Source: Mycobacterium leprae TN (GTDB taxonomy: Bacteria; Actinomycetota; Actinomycetes; Mycobacteriales; Mycobacteriaceae). From it: a stretch of 32,000 nucleotides of DNA. Within the stretch, counting starts at the first letter, position 1, and every line of letters starts with the position of its first letter. Location of the stretch: NCBI RefSeq assembly GCF_000195855.1, contig NC_002677.1, positions 1,440,001 through 1,472,000 on the forward strand, in the 5' to 3' direction. Position numbers and translations under genes: made by a program. Under the pieces are notes generated by a model, which made no database searches, was not told where the DNA came from, and saw nothing but the letters and a program-made list of their open reading frames with translations. Of the stretch, positions 1 through 9,353 are shown piece by piece.

Positions 1-1071
1 CGGCCGCGCTCAGCCGTTGCCACCGAGCTGGATCTGGCCTCCAACGACTATCTCGGTCTCTCCCAACATCCCGACGTCATCGACGGCGGCGTTGCGGCGT
101 TGCGGGTTTGGGGTGCAGGTGCCACCGGATCCCGCCTGGTCACCGGCGATACCATACTGCACCACGAATTGGAATGCGAGCTAGCTGAATTTGTCGGCGC
201 CTGTGTCGGCCTACTGTTTTCTTCCGGTTATGCCGCCAACCTCGGGGCTGTTGTCGGTTTGTCCGGCCCGGGTTCGCTGATCGTCTCCGATGCCTATTCG
301 CACGCGTCCCTGGTGGATGCTTGCCGGCTGTCGCGGGCGCGGGTGGTGGTGACACCGCACTGTGACGTTGACGCCGTGGACACCGCGCTGAGGTCATGCC
401 ACGAGGAGCGTGCGGTTGTTGTCACTGAGTCGGTGTTCAGCGCTGATGGTGTGCTGGCCCCTGTTTCGGAGTTGCACGATGTATGCCGTCGGCACGGCGC
501 GTTGCTCCTCGTAGACGAGGCGCACGGCCTCGGTGTGCGTGGTGGTGGGCGCGGGCTGGTATACGAGGTCGGGCTGGCGGGTGCACCTGACGTGGTGATT
601 ACGACTACCATGTCCAAGGCGCTCGGCAGCCAGGGTGGTGCGGTTCTCGGGTCGTCCGCGGTGCGTGCTCACCTGATCAATACCGCCCGTCCGTTCATCT
701 TCGACACTGGTTTGGCGCCTGCGGCGGTAGGTGCCGCGCGGGCCGCGCTGCAAATACTGAAGGCCGAGACGTGGCGCCCAGAGGCGGTGTTGCAGCACGC
801 CCGAACCTTGGCTAAGATCTGCGATCTGTCCGAGCTGCCGCAGTCGGCGGTGGTCTCAGTAGTGTTGGGCGATCCGGAGGTAGCGTTGGCCGCCGCGATC
901 GCCTGCCTGGACGCCGGCGTGCGGGTGGGCTGCTTCCGGCCTCCGACTGTGCCGGCCGGGACGTCGCGGCTGCGGTTGACTGCGCACGCGTCTCTCGATA
1001 GCGCTAAGTTGGAAGTGGCCCGGCGGGTGTTGACGGACGTTCTTGGTGGCTGTTGTGTGGCGCGCCGTTGA
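1..1071 (+). CDS. bioF: 8-amino-7-oxononanoate synthase (5' end outside window)
   Basis: The frame of ORF 100..1071 is open from nt 1 ([30 protein letters not shown]...), so the start at 100 is internal. AONS/class-II aminotransferase hallmarks are present: [23 protein letters not shown], and the PLP-lysine context [13 protein letters not shown]. The stop TGA 1069-1071 overlaps the bioD start. Roughly 30 N-terminal codons are missing. Confidence 0.93.
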   Translation, partial: RPRSAVATELDLASNDYLGLSQHPDVIDGGVAALRVWGAGATGSRLVTGDTILHHELECELAEFVGACVGLLFSSGYAANLGAVVGLSGPGSLIVSDAYSHASLVDACRLSRARVVVTPHCDVDAVDTALRSCHEERAVVVTESVFSADGVLAPVSELHDVCRRHGALLLVDEAHGLGVRGGGRGLVYEVGLAGAPDVVITTTMSKALGSQGGAVLGSSAVRAHLINTARPFIFDTGLAPAAVGAARAALQILKAETWRPEAVLQHARTLAKICDLSELPQSAVVSVVLGDPEVALAAAIACLDAGVRVGCFRPPTVPAGTSRLRLTAHASLDSAKLEVARRVLTDVLGGCCVARR

Positions 1072-1748
1072 CTGTCGTGGTCGTTACCGGCACTGACACG
1101 GGGGTCGGCAAGACCGTCGCCTGTGCAGCGCTGGCGTGTCACGCGCGTCAAGCTGGTATCGAAGTGGCAGTGTGCAAACCGGTTCAGACCGGAACTCAGA
1201 TCGGAGACGATGACCTTGCCGAGGTGGCCCGACTATCTGGGGTGACCGAACTCACCGGCTTGGTGAGATATCCGCAACCACTGGCGCCGGCCGCCGCCGC
1301 CGAACACGCCGGGATGGCATTACCCACCCGCGAGCAACTGCTGGAGCTCATCGCCGGACTGGATCGCCCGGGACGCTTGATTTTGGTCGAAGGCGCTGGT
1401 GGTCTACTGGTCGAACTCGCTGATGCTAGTGCCACTTTGCGTGATCTAGCTGTCGAGCTAGGTGCACTGGCACTGGTCACGGTCAGTGTGGAATTGGGCA
1501 CCCTCAACCACACCGCGCTGACTCTGGAGGCGTTGACCACACGAGGGGTTGCGTGCGCCGGCTTGGTGATCGGCAGCTGGACGGGGCGGCCCGGTGCGGT
1601 GCAGATATCCAATCGGTCTGCGCTGGCCCGGCTGGCTCCAATGCGGGCCACGTTGCCTGCCGGGGCCGGATCGATGGACGCCACGGATTTTGCGGCGATG
1701 AGCGCGGCGGCCTTCGACCGGGACTGGGTAACCACGTTGGTCCATTGA
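1068..1748 (+). CDS. bioD: dethiobiotin synthetase
   Basis: N-terminal nucleotide loop [13 protein letters not shown], then [14 protein letters not shown] at 1068 forms a TTGA overlap with the bioF stop and gives 226 aa, the length I recall for mycobacterial BioD. The ORF-track start at 1053 is an in-frame alternative. Confidence 0.9.
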   Translation: MTVVVVTGTDTGVGKTVACAALACHARQAGIEVAVCKPVQTGTQIGDDDLAEVARLSGVTELTGLVRYPQPLAPAAAAEHAGMALPTREQLLELIAGLDRPGRLILVEGAGGLLVELADASATLRDLAVELGALALVTVSVELGTLNHTALTLEALTTRGVACAGLVIGSWTGRPGAVQISNRSALARLAPMRATLPAGAGSMDATDFAAMSAAAFDRDWVTTLVH

Positions 1749-2247
1749 TGGTTCATTCGCTCGAGCTGGTCTTCGACCCCGACACCGAGTCGGCGATCTG
1801 TCGCATTTGGGACCAGCTGGCCAGCGCCGGAATACCCAGCCAAGCGTCAGCTAGCCGTCCTCACGTTACGTTGGCCGTTGCTGAACATATCGGCGCCGAG
1901 GTCGATCAGCTGCTTGGTCCGGTGAGTCAGCGGCTGCTGCTGGACGCCACGATCAGTGTGTCGGTGCTGTTCGGCCGAGCCCACGTGGTGTTCGCACGAC
2001 TCGTGGTACCAACCAGCGATCTGTTAGCCCTGCACGCCGAGGTGCATCGATTGTGCTTTTAGGCTTCCTGGGCCGGCTGCCAGCTGCGGTGGCCCCGCTG
2101 CCCAACAGCGTGCCCGGTCAGTGGATCGCGCATGTCACGCTGGCCCGTCGGGTCTGTGGTGCTCAACTGGGGCGGACTCTGCGCATCGCGGGCCAGCCGT
2201 CACAGATTGACGGCCACTTTGCTGGCCTGCGCCGCTGGGCACGGTAA
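1748..2247 (+). pseudogene. 2H phosphoesterase (LigT-like, Rv1571-type) gene split by a frameshift
   Basis: The two H-x-T-x motifs diagnostic of the 2H superfamily are both present but in different frames. RPHVTLAV lies in the ORF that ends at 2062, and AHVTLARR lies in ORF 2053..2247. ATG 1748 overlaps the bioD stop (TGATG). One indel near the T-run 2057-2060 would restore a single ~166-aa protein. Confidence 0.6.
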
Positions 2248-2501
2248 CAAGCGCATCAAATACATGATCAGCTGACCTAGCTACGCTGGGTGTTCGCCAG
2301 CAAAGCACTCACTCGGTGGTTCGACCCCGCGGCACGATGGCCAAGCTGTCGCTGGCTGACGGCAACGAGTTTGTTCAAGCGTAAACGGCTGACCTAACGT
2401 GGACACCGTTCATGTCAGGCCGCGAAGAGCCTGGTGAACCGCTTCGGTATCCGCAAGCTCGGACCCTAGTTTTAAGACTTGAACGTGAAAAGGAGTACTG
2501 C

Positions 2502-3539
2502 GTGACTCAGGCGGGGACTCGGTCAACTAATGGTGATACCGAAAATACTGACATCTTGGCTCAGGCTCGCCAGCAGGTGCTAGAGCGCGGTGAGGGCTTG
2601 AGCCGGGACCAGGTGCTGCAGATGCTGTGGCTACCCGACGACCGACTCGAGGAATTGCTGGCGTTAGCCCACGACGTGCGGATGCGCTGGTGCGGTCCAG
2701 AGGTCGAGATCGAGGGCATCATCAGTCTGAAAACCGGTGGCTGCCCAGAGGATTGCCATTTCTGCTCACAGTCTGGGTTGTTCATGTCGCCGGTGCGCAG
2801 TGCCTGGCTGGATATCCGCAGCCTGGTAGAGGCAGCCAAGCAGACTGCCAAGTCAGGTGCCACTGAATTCTGCATCGTGGCAGCGGTACGAGGGCCCGAT
2901 GAGCGGTTGATGTCCCAGGTAGCGGCCGGCATTGAGGCGATTCGGAACGAAGTCGAGATTAATATTGCTTGCTCGCTGGGGATGCTGACCGTCGAGCAGG
3001 TGGAGCAGCTCTCGGGCATTGGCGTGCACCGCTATAACCACAACCTCGAAACAGCCCGCTCGTTTTTCACCAACGTTGTCACCACGCACACCTGGGAAGA
3101 GCGCTGGCAAACGTTATCGATGGTTCGGGACGCCGGCATGGAGGTATGCTGTGGCGGCATTCTCGGCATGGGGGAGACAGTCGAGCAGCGCGCAGAATTT
3201 GCTCTTGAACTCGCCGAACTCGGCCCTGATGAGGTTCCTTTGAATTTTCTCAACCCGAGGCCCGGTACTCCCTTTGGTGCCCTTGAGGTGATGCCGCCCA
3301 GCGAAGCATTAAAATCGGTGGCTGCATTCCGATTGGCGTTGCCGCGCACGATCCTGCGCTTCGCCGGCGGCCGCGAGATCACCCTGGGTGACCTGGGCGC
3401 CAAGCAGGGCATGCTGGGCGGCATCAACGCAGTGATCGTGGGGAACTACTTGACCACGTTGGGTCGGCCCGCCGAAGCCGATTTGAGATTGCTTGACGAT
3501 CTACAAATGCCTATCAAGGCACTCAATGCCAGCCTATAG
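2502..3539 (+). CDS. bioB: biotin synthase (radical SAM)
   Basis: Radical-SAM cluster motif CPEDCHFC (CxxxCxxC) within [21 protein letters not shown]. The ORF is open from 2412, but GTG 2502 is preceded by AAGGAG at 2490-2495 and gives [10 protein letters not shown]..., which matches the N-terminus I recall for M. tuberculosis BioB (345 aa). Confidence 0.95.
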   Translation: MTQAGTRSTNGDTENTDILAQARQQVLERGEGLSRDQVLQMLWLPDDRLEELLALAHDVRMRWCGPEVEIEGIISLKTGGCPEDCHFCSQSGLFMSPVRSAWLDIRSLVEAAKQTAKSGATEFCIVAAVRGPDERLMSQVAAGIEAIRNEVEINIACSLGMLTVEQVEQLSGIGVHRYNHNLETARSFFTNVVTTHTWEERWQTLSMVRDAGMEVCCGGILGMGETVEQRAEFALELAELGPDEVPLNFLNPRPGTPFGALEVMPPSEALKSVAAFRLALPRTILRFAGGREITLGDLGAKQGMLGGINAVIVGNYLTTLGRPAEADLRLLDDLQMPIKALNASL

Positions 3540-3557
3540 AAAATGCCTATAGAAAAT
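3532..3557. repeat. perfect 13-bp tandem duplication (GCCTATAGAAAAT x2) spanning the bioB stop codon
   Basis: Read directly: 3532-3544 is identical to 3545-3557. The bioB TAG (3537-3539) lies in copy 1. The related string AAATGCCTAT also occurs at 3505-3514. Confidence 0.9.
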
Positions 3558-3564
3558 AAGGACT

Positions 3565-3807
3565 GTGGTTCAGGATCTTCCTACTCCGATCGGTGCGGGC
3601 ATCTACAACATCTATACCGGTGTCAAACACCGGGATGAACTTGCTGGCGCTTCGATGCCCACAGTGGCCCAGTTAGGCCTGGAGCCTCCTCGGTTTTGCG
3701 CGGAATGCGGACGGCGGATGGTTGTGCAGGTTCGTCCCGACGGCTGGCGGGCGAAGTGTTCGCGGCACGGACAGGTGGACTCGGTCGACATGGAGGCAAA
3801 GCGGTGA
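3565..3807 (+). CDS. bsaP: small zinc-ribbon protein, Rv1590-type (biotin synthase auxiliary protein BsaP-like)
   Basis: An 80-aa ORF lies 25 nt after bioB, with a GTG start and AAGGAC at 3558-3563. It carries a Cys/His ribbon, CAECGRRM...CSRHG. Position immediately downstream of bioB is as in M. tuberculosis Rv1589-Rv1590. The functional name is from memory of recent literature. Confidence 0.75.
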   Translation: MVQDLPTPIGAGIYNIYTGVKHRDELAGASMPTVAQLGLEPPRFCAECGRRMVVQVRPDGWRAKCSRHGQVDSVDMEAKR

Positions 3808-4400
3808 CCGAACATTGCGCGTCGGACATTTCCGATGTCTCCTGCCCACCGCGGGGGCGTGTGATCGTCGGGGTGGTGCTGGGCCTTGCGGGGACTGGCG
3901 CGTTGATAGGCGGGCTGTGGGCCTGGATTGCCCCACCGATCCATGCGGTAGTGGGGCTCACGCGGACAGGCGAACGAGGGCACGACTACCTGGGCAACGA
4001 GTCCGAGCACTTCTTTGTCGCGCCATGCTTGATGTTGGGCTTATTAACTGTGCTGGCGGTTACGGCGTCGGTGCTGGCATGGCAGTTGCGTCAGCACCGT
4101 GGGCCGGGGATGGTTATCGGGCTCGCGATTGGCTTGATGATCTGCGCCGCAACTGCGGCAGCGGTGGGGGCGCTGTTGGTTTGGATGCGCTATGGTGCCT
4201 TGAATTTCGACGCAGTACCGCTGTCGTACGACCACAAAGTGGCGCACGTCATTCAAGCACCGCCGGTGTTCTTCGCGCACGGATTGCTGCAAGTAGCGGC
4301 CACCGTGCTATGGCCGGCGGGCATCGCTGCGCTGGTGTATGCGGTGCTTGCTGCCGCGAACGGACGCGACGACCTGGGCGGCAGACTATGTAGTCGGTAA
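3804..4400 (+). CDS. integral membrane protein, Rv1591-type
   Basis: Several hydrophobic helices ([94 protein letters not shown]). GTG 3804 overlaps the upstream stop (GTGA). In-frame alternatives are 3756 (GTG) and 3696 (ATG), so the start is uncertain. Confidence 0.7.
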   Translation: MTEHCASDISDVSCPPRGRVIVGVVLGLAGTGALIGGLWAWIAPPIHAVVGLTRTGERGHDYLGNESEHFFVAPCLMLGLLTVLAVTASVLAWQLRQHRGPGMVIGLAIGLMICAATAAAVGALLVWMRYGALNFDAVPLSYDHKVAHVIQAPPVFFAHGLLQVAATVLWPAGIAALVYAVLAAANGRDDLGGRLCSR

Positions 4401-4499
4401 GCCGCGAAGGCGCTACCATGGAGCCCGAAGCCTGTGTGCCGTAACAGCTGTCAGAGCGGGTGATGATGCACTTTCCCGCCGATGATGACCTTGGGGCAA

Positions 4500-5935
4500 T
4501 TATCGCTATTCGTACTAGGCTGACGTAGGTTGCGAGATTGAGCATCGTTAGCCAGCTGGTCCTGATGAGCTGATTGATCAGCGGTCGACTGGCGAGCTGG
4601 TCCGCGAACCAGCTCAGGGGTATCAGGACGGATAGCGGATGCAGGGAGATGTGCTCGCTAACGGGTTCTGGTGATCGGTCATGTTGGCACTACCGGCCAA
4701 ATAGGCGTCGGCTAGCACGGTCATGAAGTTTAGTCGTGGATGGCCTGCACGATCAAGATTTGGCGGTTTGGCACTCCGGAGCTCAGTTTGATGTTGTTGA
4801 AAACATGCGCAACCGTCGGTCTGGACAGGGTTTCCGCGAGCGGTTTGTGGATATAGCCACTGAATGTTCTTCCCGCCATCTTGATGACCGCGCCCACCGT
4901 CGTCATCTGTTTCAGCCGCGTTGGCAGGGCGCGTCCTTCGTCGTTAGCGTGCTCTTTGATGACTTTGTCCAGAGCGGGATAGGTGTGTGATAGGGGGCGA
5001 CCACCATCAGTGCTGGCAAACTTGCAAGGAAGTCGCCGTTGAGTTGACGGAAGGTATGGCCTGGGTCGCCGATCGATGATCCCGGCACCGCTCCGACGAT
5101 GTCCAGCTTGGGTGCCTACTCGGCACATACTTCAGCAGCCCACGGGGTTGGCTAGTCCGTCGCCGGAATATCCCCCTACAGCCCGATTGGCGTAACTGGG
5201 GGCAAAATCCGATGGATTTTTAGAGTCCAGGGTGGCCCGGATGCCGTCCAGCACGTAATAGCCAGGCTCATTAGAGCGAACCCCACAATCCGTGGGGCCC
5301 TTTGTGGTCGGGTACCGAGATTGCTCATTCCTCGGCGAGGGCAGCAATGGTCATCAAAAGCTCGAATTGGGTCAGTGAACCTCAGGCCTTGGCCTTTCGT
5401 TGCAGAGCATAGGACGAAAAACGGCGGGACGACATAGTGTCCGATCACGCACTGATGCGATGGTAGCGGGGCTGGTCCGGCCGGGAGGATCACCATGGTC
5501 ACCATCGCCTCTGGCTTGACGTTCATGTCCATCGTTCGACAGAGCAGCTGGCTTGTGGTGCAAGGGGGTACGGGATCAGATCCAGGAACGCCATCTCGAC
5601 GACGTCGTGGGAGCGCAGCACGGTCCCGGTGTGGTGTGGTGATAGCCAGGCGGCGGCTAAAGGAATTTTTAGACGGCAGCGGTGGATGTATAGATGTATA
5701 TTTATGTTGCAACTTCTCACGCAGCGGGCGGCTGATCAACTCCCCTCGCTTTCGCCAGGTTGGCGAGCTCCACTACGAGGCTTTCTTCGTGACCAGTCGG
5801 TATTCGTGCGCATGAACGGCCGGCGGCCATACCATCGGGCTGTGTGGTTAGCGAGTTCACACTTGTGTTCACGCCGATATCCACTACCCTAAAAACGCCG
5901 CGTTGTTTCCGTCAGTACAGGTAGTGCTCCAGTAA
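4500..5935 (-). pseudogene. decayed secreted-lipase (LIP family, Rv1592c-type) gene
   Basis: Minus-strand fragments lie in different frames and are broken by stops. One is ...GYYVLDGIRA...AVGGYSGDG (5156-5173 is a degraded GYSQGG nucleophile elbow). A more C-terminal one is ...[13 protein letters not shown]...ILIVQAIHD (ORF 4730..5128). The gene sits directly downstream of nrtR, as Rv1592c follows Rv1593c. Boundaries are approximate. Confidence 0.5.
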
Positions 5936-5946
5936 TGACCGCGTGG

Positions 5947-6666
5947 TTAATTCCCGGGCGGCCGCAGCGCGGCAAATTCGTCAGTAACCCTTAACTGTGA
6001 GTCGGTGAATCGATACAACGCGGCCGGGCGTCCGCCGCTACGGCCCGACTGCGCTACGGTTCCAGTCTGGATGATGACGCTGCGACGGGCCAGTACCCGT
6101 TGCAGATTCGTTGCGTCGACCTGATACCCTAGCGTCGCGCCGTAGATGTCACGCAGCGTTGATAACGCGAATTCCTTTGGAGCCAGAGCGAATCCGATGT
6201 TTGTGTAGGACATTTTGGCGACCAGTCTGGCGCGTGCGTGCGTAACCATCGGGCCGTGATCGAAGGCCATCGATGGCAGCGTGTTCAGCGGGTGCCAGCG
6301 GGTGTCTGGCGGCAACTCGGGGGTGGCGGGGGAGGGAACTAATCCCAGAAAGGTGGACGCGATCATCCGAGTGCCCGGTAGTCGGGCAGGTTCGGAGAAC
6401 ACGGCGAGCTGCTCCAAATGTGCGAGCTCCCGAAGATCGACTTTTTCGGCCAATTGGCGCCTAACCGAATAGGTCATGTCCTCGTCATTGCGCAGCCGTC
6501 CGCCCGGCAGCGACCATGCGCCTCGTTGCGGATCCTGGGAACGTTCCCATAACAGCACGCTAAGTTGCGGTTTTGCCTTTTGCGGGGTTCCCTTCACCTG
6601 CTCGGCAACTCGGCGAACCTGGAACACGACAGCTAGCACTTCGTGTGCGGTGCTAGCATAGGCCAT
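5947..6666 (-). CDS. nrtR: NrtR-family Nudix-related transcriptional regulator of NAD synthesis (Rv1593c-type)
   Basis: The Nudix fold has a degenerate Nudix box ([24 protein letters not shown] in place of GX5EX7REUXEEXGU). It is followed by a C-terminal winged-helix-like region ([30 protein letters not shown]). The gene is divergent from nadABC. I chose ATG 6666 ([10 protein letters not shown]..., 239 aa) rather than the ORF-track start at 6774, which would run across the nadA start. Confidence 0.8.
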   Translation of the reverse strand: MAYASTAHEVLAVVFQVRRVAEQVKGTPQKAKPQLSVLLWERSQDPQRGAWSLPGGRLRNDEDMTYSVRRQLAEKVDLRELAHLEQLAVFSEPARLPGTRMIASTFLGLVPSPATPELPPDTRWHPLNTLPSMAFDHGPMVTHARARLVAKMSYTNIGFALAPKEFALSTLRDIYGATLGYQVDATNLQRVLARRSVIIQTGTVAQSGRSGGRPAALYRFTDSQLRVTDEFAALRPPGN

Positions 6667-6689
6667 GTTTTCGATTATAAGTCGAAAAC
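6667..6689. promoter_or_regulatory. candidate NrtR operator overlapping divergent promoters
   Basis: Perfect inverted repeat GTTTTCGA-TTATAAG-TCGAAAAC fills the nrtR/nadA gap. On the minus strand the centre reads TATAAT (6674-6679), 7 nt upstream of the nrtR ATG (A at 6666), which suggests a leaderless nrtR mRNA. On the plus strand the centre reads TATAAG, upstream of the nadA SD (AAGGAG 6711-6716). Confidence 0.5.
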
Positions 6690-6721
6690 CTCCTGTGCCG
6701 AAAGGAGCTGCCGTGACGGTG

Positions 6722-7771
6722 CTGAATGGCATGGAGCCGCTCGCCGGCGACATGACTGTCGTGATTGCTGGCATTACCGATTCACCGGTCGGCTACGCCG
6801 GCGTGGACGGTGACGAGCAGTGGGCTACTGAGATTCGTCGGTTGACGCGATTGCGTGGCGCCACTGTGCTTGCGCACAACTATCAGTTGCCCGCCATCCA
6901 GGACATCGCTGACTACGTGGGGGACTCGCTGGCGCTGTCGCGGATCGCTGCCGAGGTGCCCGAGGAGACTATCGTGTTCTGCGGTGTGCACTTTATGGCC
7001 GAGACAGCCAAGATCCTAAGCCCGAACAAGACCGTGCTCATCCCGGACCAGCGGGCGGGCTGTTCACTGGCCGATTCAATCACCCCCGACGAGCTGTGTG
7101 CCTGGAAAGACGAGCACCCCGGCGCTGCTGTGGTGTCTTATGTCAACACCACGGCGGAAGTGAAGGCGCTCACCGATATCTGTTGCACCTCGTCAAATGC
7201 AGTGGACGTCGTCGAGTCCATCGACCCCAGTCGCGAGGTGTTGTTCTGCCCAGACCAATTTCTGGGCGCTCATGTTCGTCGCGTGACCGGCCGCAAGAAC
7301 GTGTATGTGTGGATGGGGGAATGCCACGTGCACGCCGGGATCAACGGCGACGAGCTCGTTGATCAGGCTCGCGCAAATCCCGACGCCGAGCTCTTTGTAC
7401 ACCCGGAATGTGGTTGCTCGACCTCGGCGCTGTACCTCGCTGGCGAAGGCGCGTTCCCGCCGGACCGAGTCAAGATCTTGTCCACTGGCGGCATGCTAAC
7501 TGCCGCTAGGCAGACGCAGTACCGCAAAATTTTGGTCGCCACTGAGGTCGGCATGTTGTATCAGCTGCGCCGGGCAGCACCGGAAATCGACTTCCGCGCG
7601 GTCAACGACCGCGCGTCGTGCAAGTACATGAAGATGATCACCCCCGGTGCACTGTTGCGTTGTCTGGTCGAGGGGACCGACGAGGTTCACGTCGACTCGG
7701 AAATCGCGGCGGCGGGCCGGCGCAGTGTGCAGCGTATGATCGAAATCGGGCTGCCTGGCGGTGGCGAATGA
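6722..7771 (+). CDS. nadA: quinolinate synthase
   Basis: Strong family signatures: [54 protein letters not shown] 6722 preceded by AAGGAG gives VTVLNG... and 349 aa, as I recall for the M. tuberculosis protein. The ORF-track start at 6665 is upstream of the SD. Confidence 0.95.
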   Translation: MNGMEPLAGDMTVVIAGITDSPVGYAGVDGDEQWATEIRRLTRLRGATVLAHNYQLPAIQDIADYVGDSLALSRIAAEVPEETIVFCGVHFMAETAKILSPNKTVLIPDQRAGCSLADSITPDELCAWKDEHPGAAVVSYVNTTAEVKALTDICCTSSNAVDVVESIDPSREVLFCPDQFLGAHVRRVTGRKNVYVWMGECHVHAGINGDELVDQARANPDAELFVHPECGCSTSALYLAGEGAFPPDRVKILSTGGMLTAARQTQYRKILVATEVGMLYQLRRAAPEIDFRAVNDRASCKYMKMITPGALLRCLVEGTDEVHVDSEIAAAGRRSVQRMIEIGLPGGGE

Positions 7772-9351
7772 TGGCCGTTCCCGACTGGAAGCACGCGGCT
7801 GACGTGGTGGTAATAGGAACCGGCGTGGCGGGCTTGGCTGCCGCGCTTGCCGCCCACCGCGCCGGTCGCAACGTCGTCGTACTTACCAAAGCCGATCAGC
7901 GGCGCGGCGAGACAGCGACGCACTACGCGCAAGGCGGCATCGCAGTCGTGTTACCGGGTTCCGACGATTCTGTTGACGCCCATGCTTCCGACACCCTGGC
8001 GGCAGGGGCAGGCATGTGCAATCTCGACACCGTGTATTCGATTGTAGCCGAAGGCTACCACGCGGTTACCGAATTAGTCGGTTACGGAGCGCGTTTCGAC
8101 GAATCGATTCCCGGGCGATGGGCGGTGACGTGTGAAGGAGGGCACTCGCGACGACGCATCGTGCACGCCGGTGGCGATGCCACCGGCGCCGAGGTGCAGC
8201 GGGCGCTCGACCACGCCGCTGACGTGTTGGACATCCGCACTAGCCACCTTGCCCTGCGAGTGTTGCACGATGGCACCGTGGTGAACGGTGTGTCGGTGCT
8301 CAACCCAAACGGGTGGGGTATCGTCAGCGCACCTTCGGTGATCCTGGCCTCCGGTGGGCTCGGGCACCTCTACGGCGCGACCACCAATCCTGAGGGGTCC
8401 ACTGGCGACGGAATCGCGCTGGCGCTGTGGGCTGGCGTGGCGGTTAGCGATCTCGAGTTCATCCAATTCCACCCGACCATGCTTTTCGCGGCGGGTACTG
8501 GCACCGGTGGTCGGCGGCCACTAGTAACCGAAGCCATCCGCGGTGAAGGTGCGATTTTGCTTGATAGCAAAGGTAATTCGGTAACATCAGGGGTGCATCC
8601 ACTGGGTGATCTGGCGCCGCGCGATGTTGTCGCTGCTGCTATCGACGCGCGCCTGAAGGCCACTGGCGATTCGTGCGTCTACCTCGACGCCCGCGGCATC
8701 GACGGCTTCGCTTCCCGGTTCCCCACCGTCACCGCCGCATGCCGGACTGTTGGTATCGACCCGGCCCGTGAACCGATCCCGGTTGTTCCGGGCGCACACT
8801 ACAGCTGCGGTGGCATCGTCACCGATGCGTACGGTCAAACCGAGCTGGCTGGGCTGTTCGCCGCTGGAGAGGTGGCCCGCACCGGGATGCACGGTGCTAA
8901 CCGTTTGGCGTCCAACAGCTTGTTGGAAGGCTTGGTGGTCGGTGGCCGCGCCGGAAGGGCTGCGGCCGCACATGCGGCGGCGGCTGGGCGTGCGTATGTA
9001 TCCAAGCTCGAGCCTGTCACCCATCACGCGCTGAAGCGCCGTGAACTCCAACGCGTGATGAGCCGAGATGCCGCGGTGATGCGCAACGCCGCAGGTCTGC
9101 AGCGGTTGTCCGACACGCTGGCTGAGGCGCCGATCCGCCACGTGACCGGCCGCCGCGATTTCGAAGACGTTGCGTTGACGCTGACTGCCCGGGCAGTAGC
9201 AGCTGCGGCCTTGGCCCGCAATGAAAGTCGGGGTTGTCACCACTGCACAGAGTATCCGGACACCGCGCCAGAACACGCCCGCAGCACTGTGATTCGACTG
9301 GCTGACGACCAAAACTTGGTGCGTGCGGAGGCATTGGCGACGGTGGGTTGA
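7768..9351 (+). CDS. nadB: L-aspartate oxidase
   Basis: FAD dinucleotide fold [22 protein letters not shown] at the N-terminus, then [14 protein letters not shown] and [15 protein letters not shown] 7768 overlaps the nadA stop (ATGA) and gives 527 aa. The longer ORF from 7618 lies inside nadA. Confidence 0.95.
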   Translation: MMAVPDWKHAADVVVIGTGVAGLAAALAAHRAGRNVVVLTKADQRRGETATHYAQGGIAVVLPGSDDSVDAHASDTLAAGAGMCNLDTVYSIVAEGYHAVTELVGYGARFDESIPGRWAVTCEGGHSRRRIVHAGGDATGAEVQRALDHAADVLDIRTSHLALRVLHDGTVVNGVSVLNPNGWGIVSAPSVILASGGLGHLYGATTNPEGSTGDGIALALWAGVAVSDLEFIQFHPTMLFAAGTGTGGRRPLVTEAIRGEGAILLDSKGNSVTSGVHPLGDLAPRDVVAAAIDARLKATGDSCVYLDARGIDGFASRFPTVTAACRTVGIDPAREPIPVVPGAHYSCGGIVTDAYGQTELAGLFAAGEVARTGMHGANRLASNSLLEGLVVGGRAGRAAAAHAAAAGRAYVSKLEPVTHHALKRRELQRVMSRDAAVMRNAAGLQRLSDTLAEAPIRHVTGRRDFEDVALTLTARAVAAAALARNESRGCHHCTEYPDTAPEHARSTVIRLADDQNLVRAEALATVG

Positions 9352-9353
9352 TA

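Noticed and set aside
2373..2386. GTTCAAGCGTAAAC upstream of bioB, considered as a BioQ/BirA-type biotin operator.
   Set aside because: It is only an imperfect 5-bp inverted repeat with the wrong spacing and orientation relative to the TGAAC-N3-GTTCA box I recall from M. smegmatis BioQ. I do not believe the M. tuberculosis/M. leprae lineage has BioQ.
2270..2396. The direct 9-mer repeat GCTGACCTA at 2270-2278 and 2388-2396 in the bioD-bioB spacer, considered as an att-like scar of the phiRv1 prophage found here in M. tuberculosis.
   Set aside because: A single 9-mer match within ~250 bp is not far from chance expectation, and there is no phage-related sequence between the copies.
2412..2501. 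Upstream in-frame extensions of bioB (2412), nadA (6665), nadB (7618), nrtR (6774) and the membrane protein (3696).
   Set aside because: The extensions lack SD sequences and overlap neighbouring genes or the operator. They also add residues absent from the M. tuberculosis orthologues as I recall them. Downstream starts have AAGGAG boxes or stop/start overlaps.
8587..9312. Long antisense or out-of-frame ORFs inside nadB, pks, papA and mmpL. Examples are 8587..9312 (-, 241 aa), 17998..18567 (-, 189 aa), 21078..21710 (-, 210 aa) and 15401..16009 (+, 202 aa).
   Set aside because: They have Arg/Pro/Ser/Gly-rich compositions typical of non-coding frames in high-GC DNA. Each is fully nested in a gene with strong motif support, and none carries a recognisable domain.
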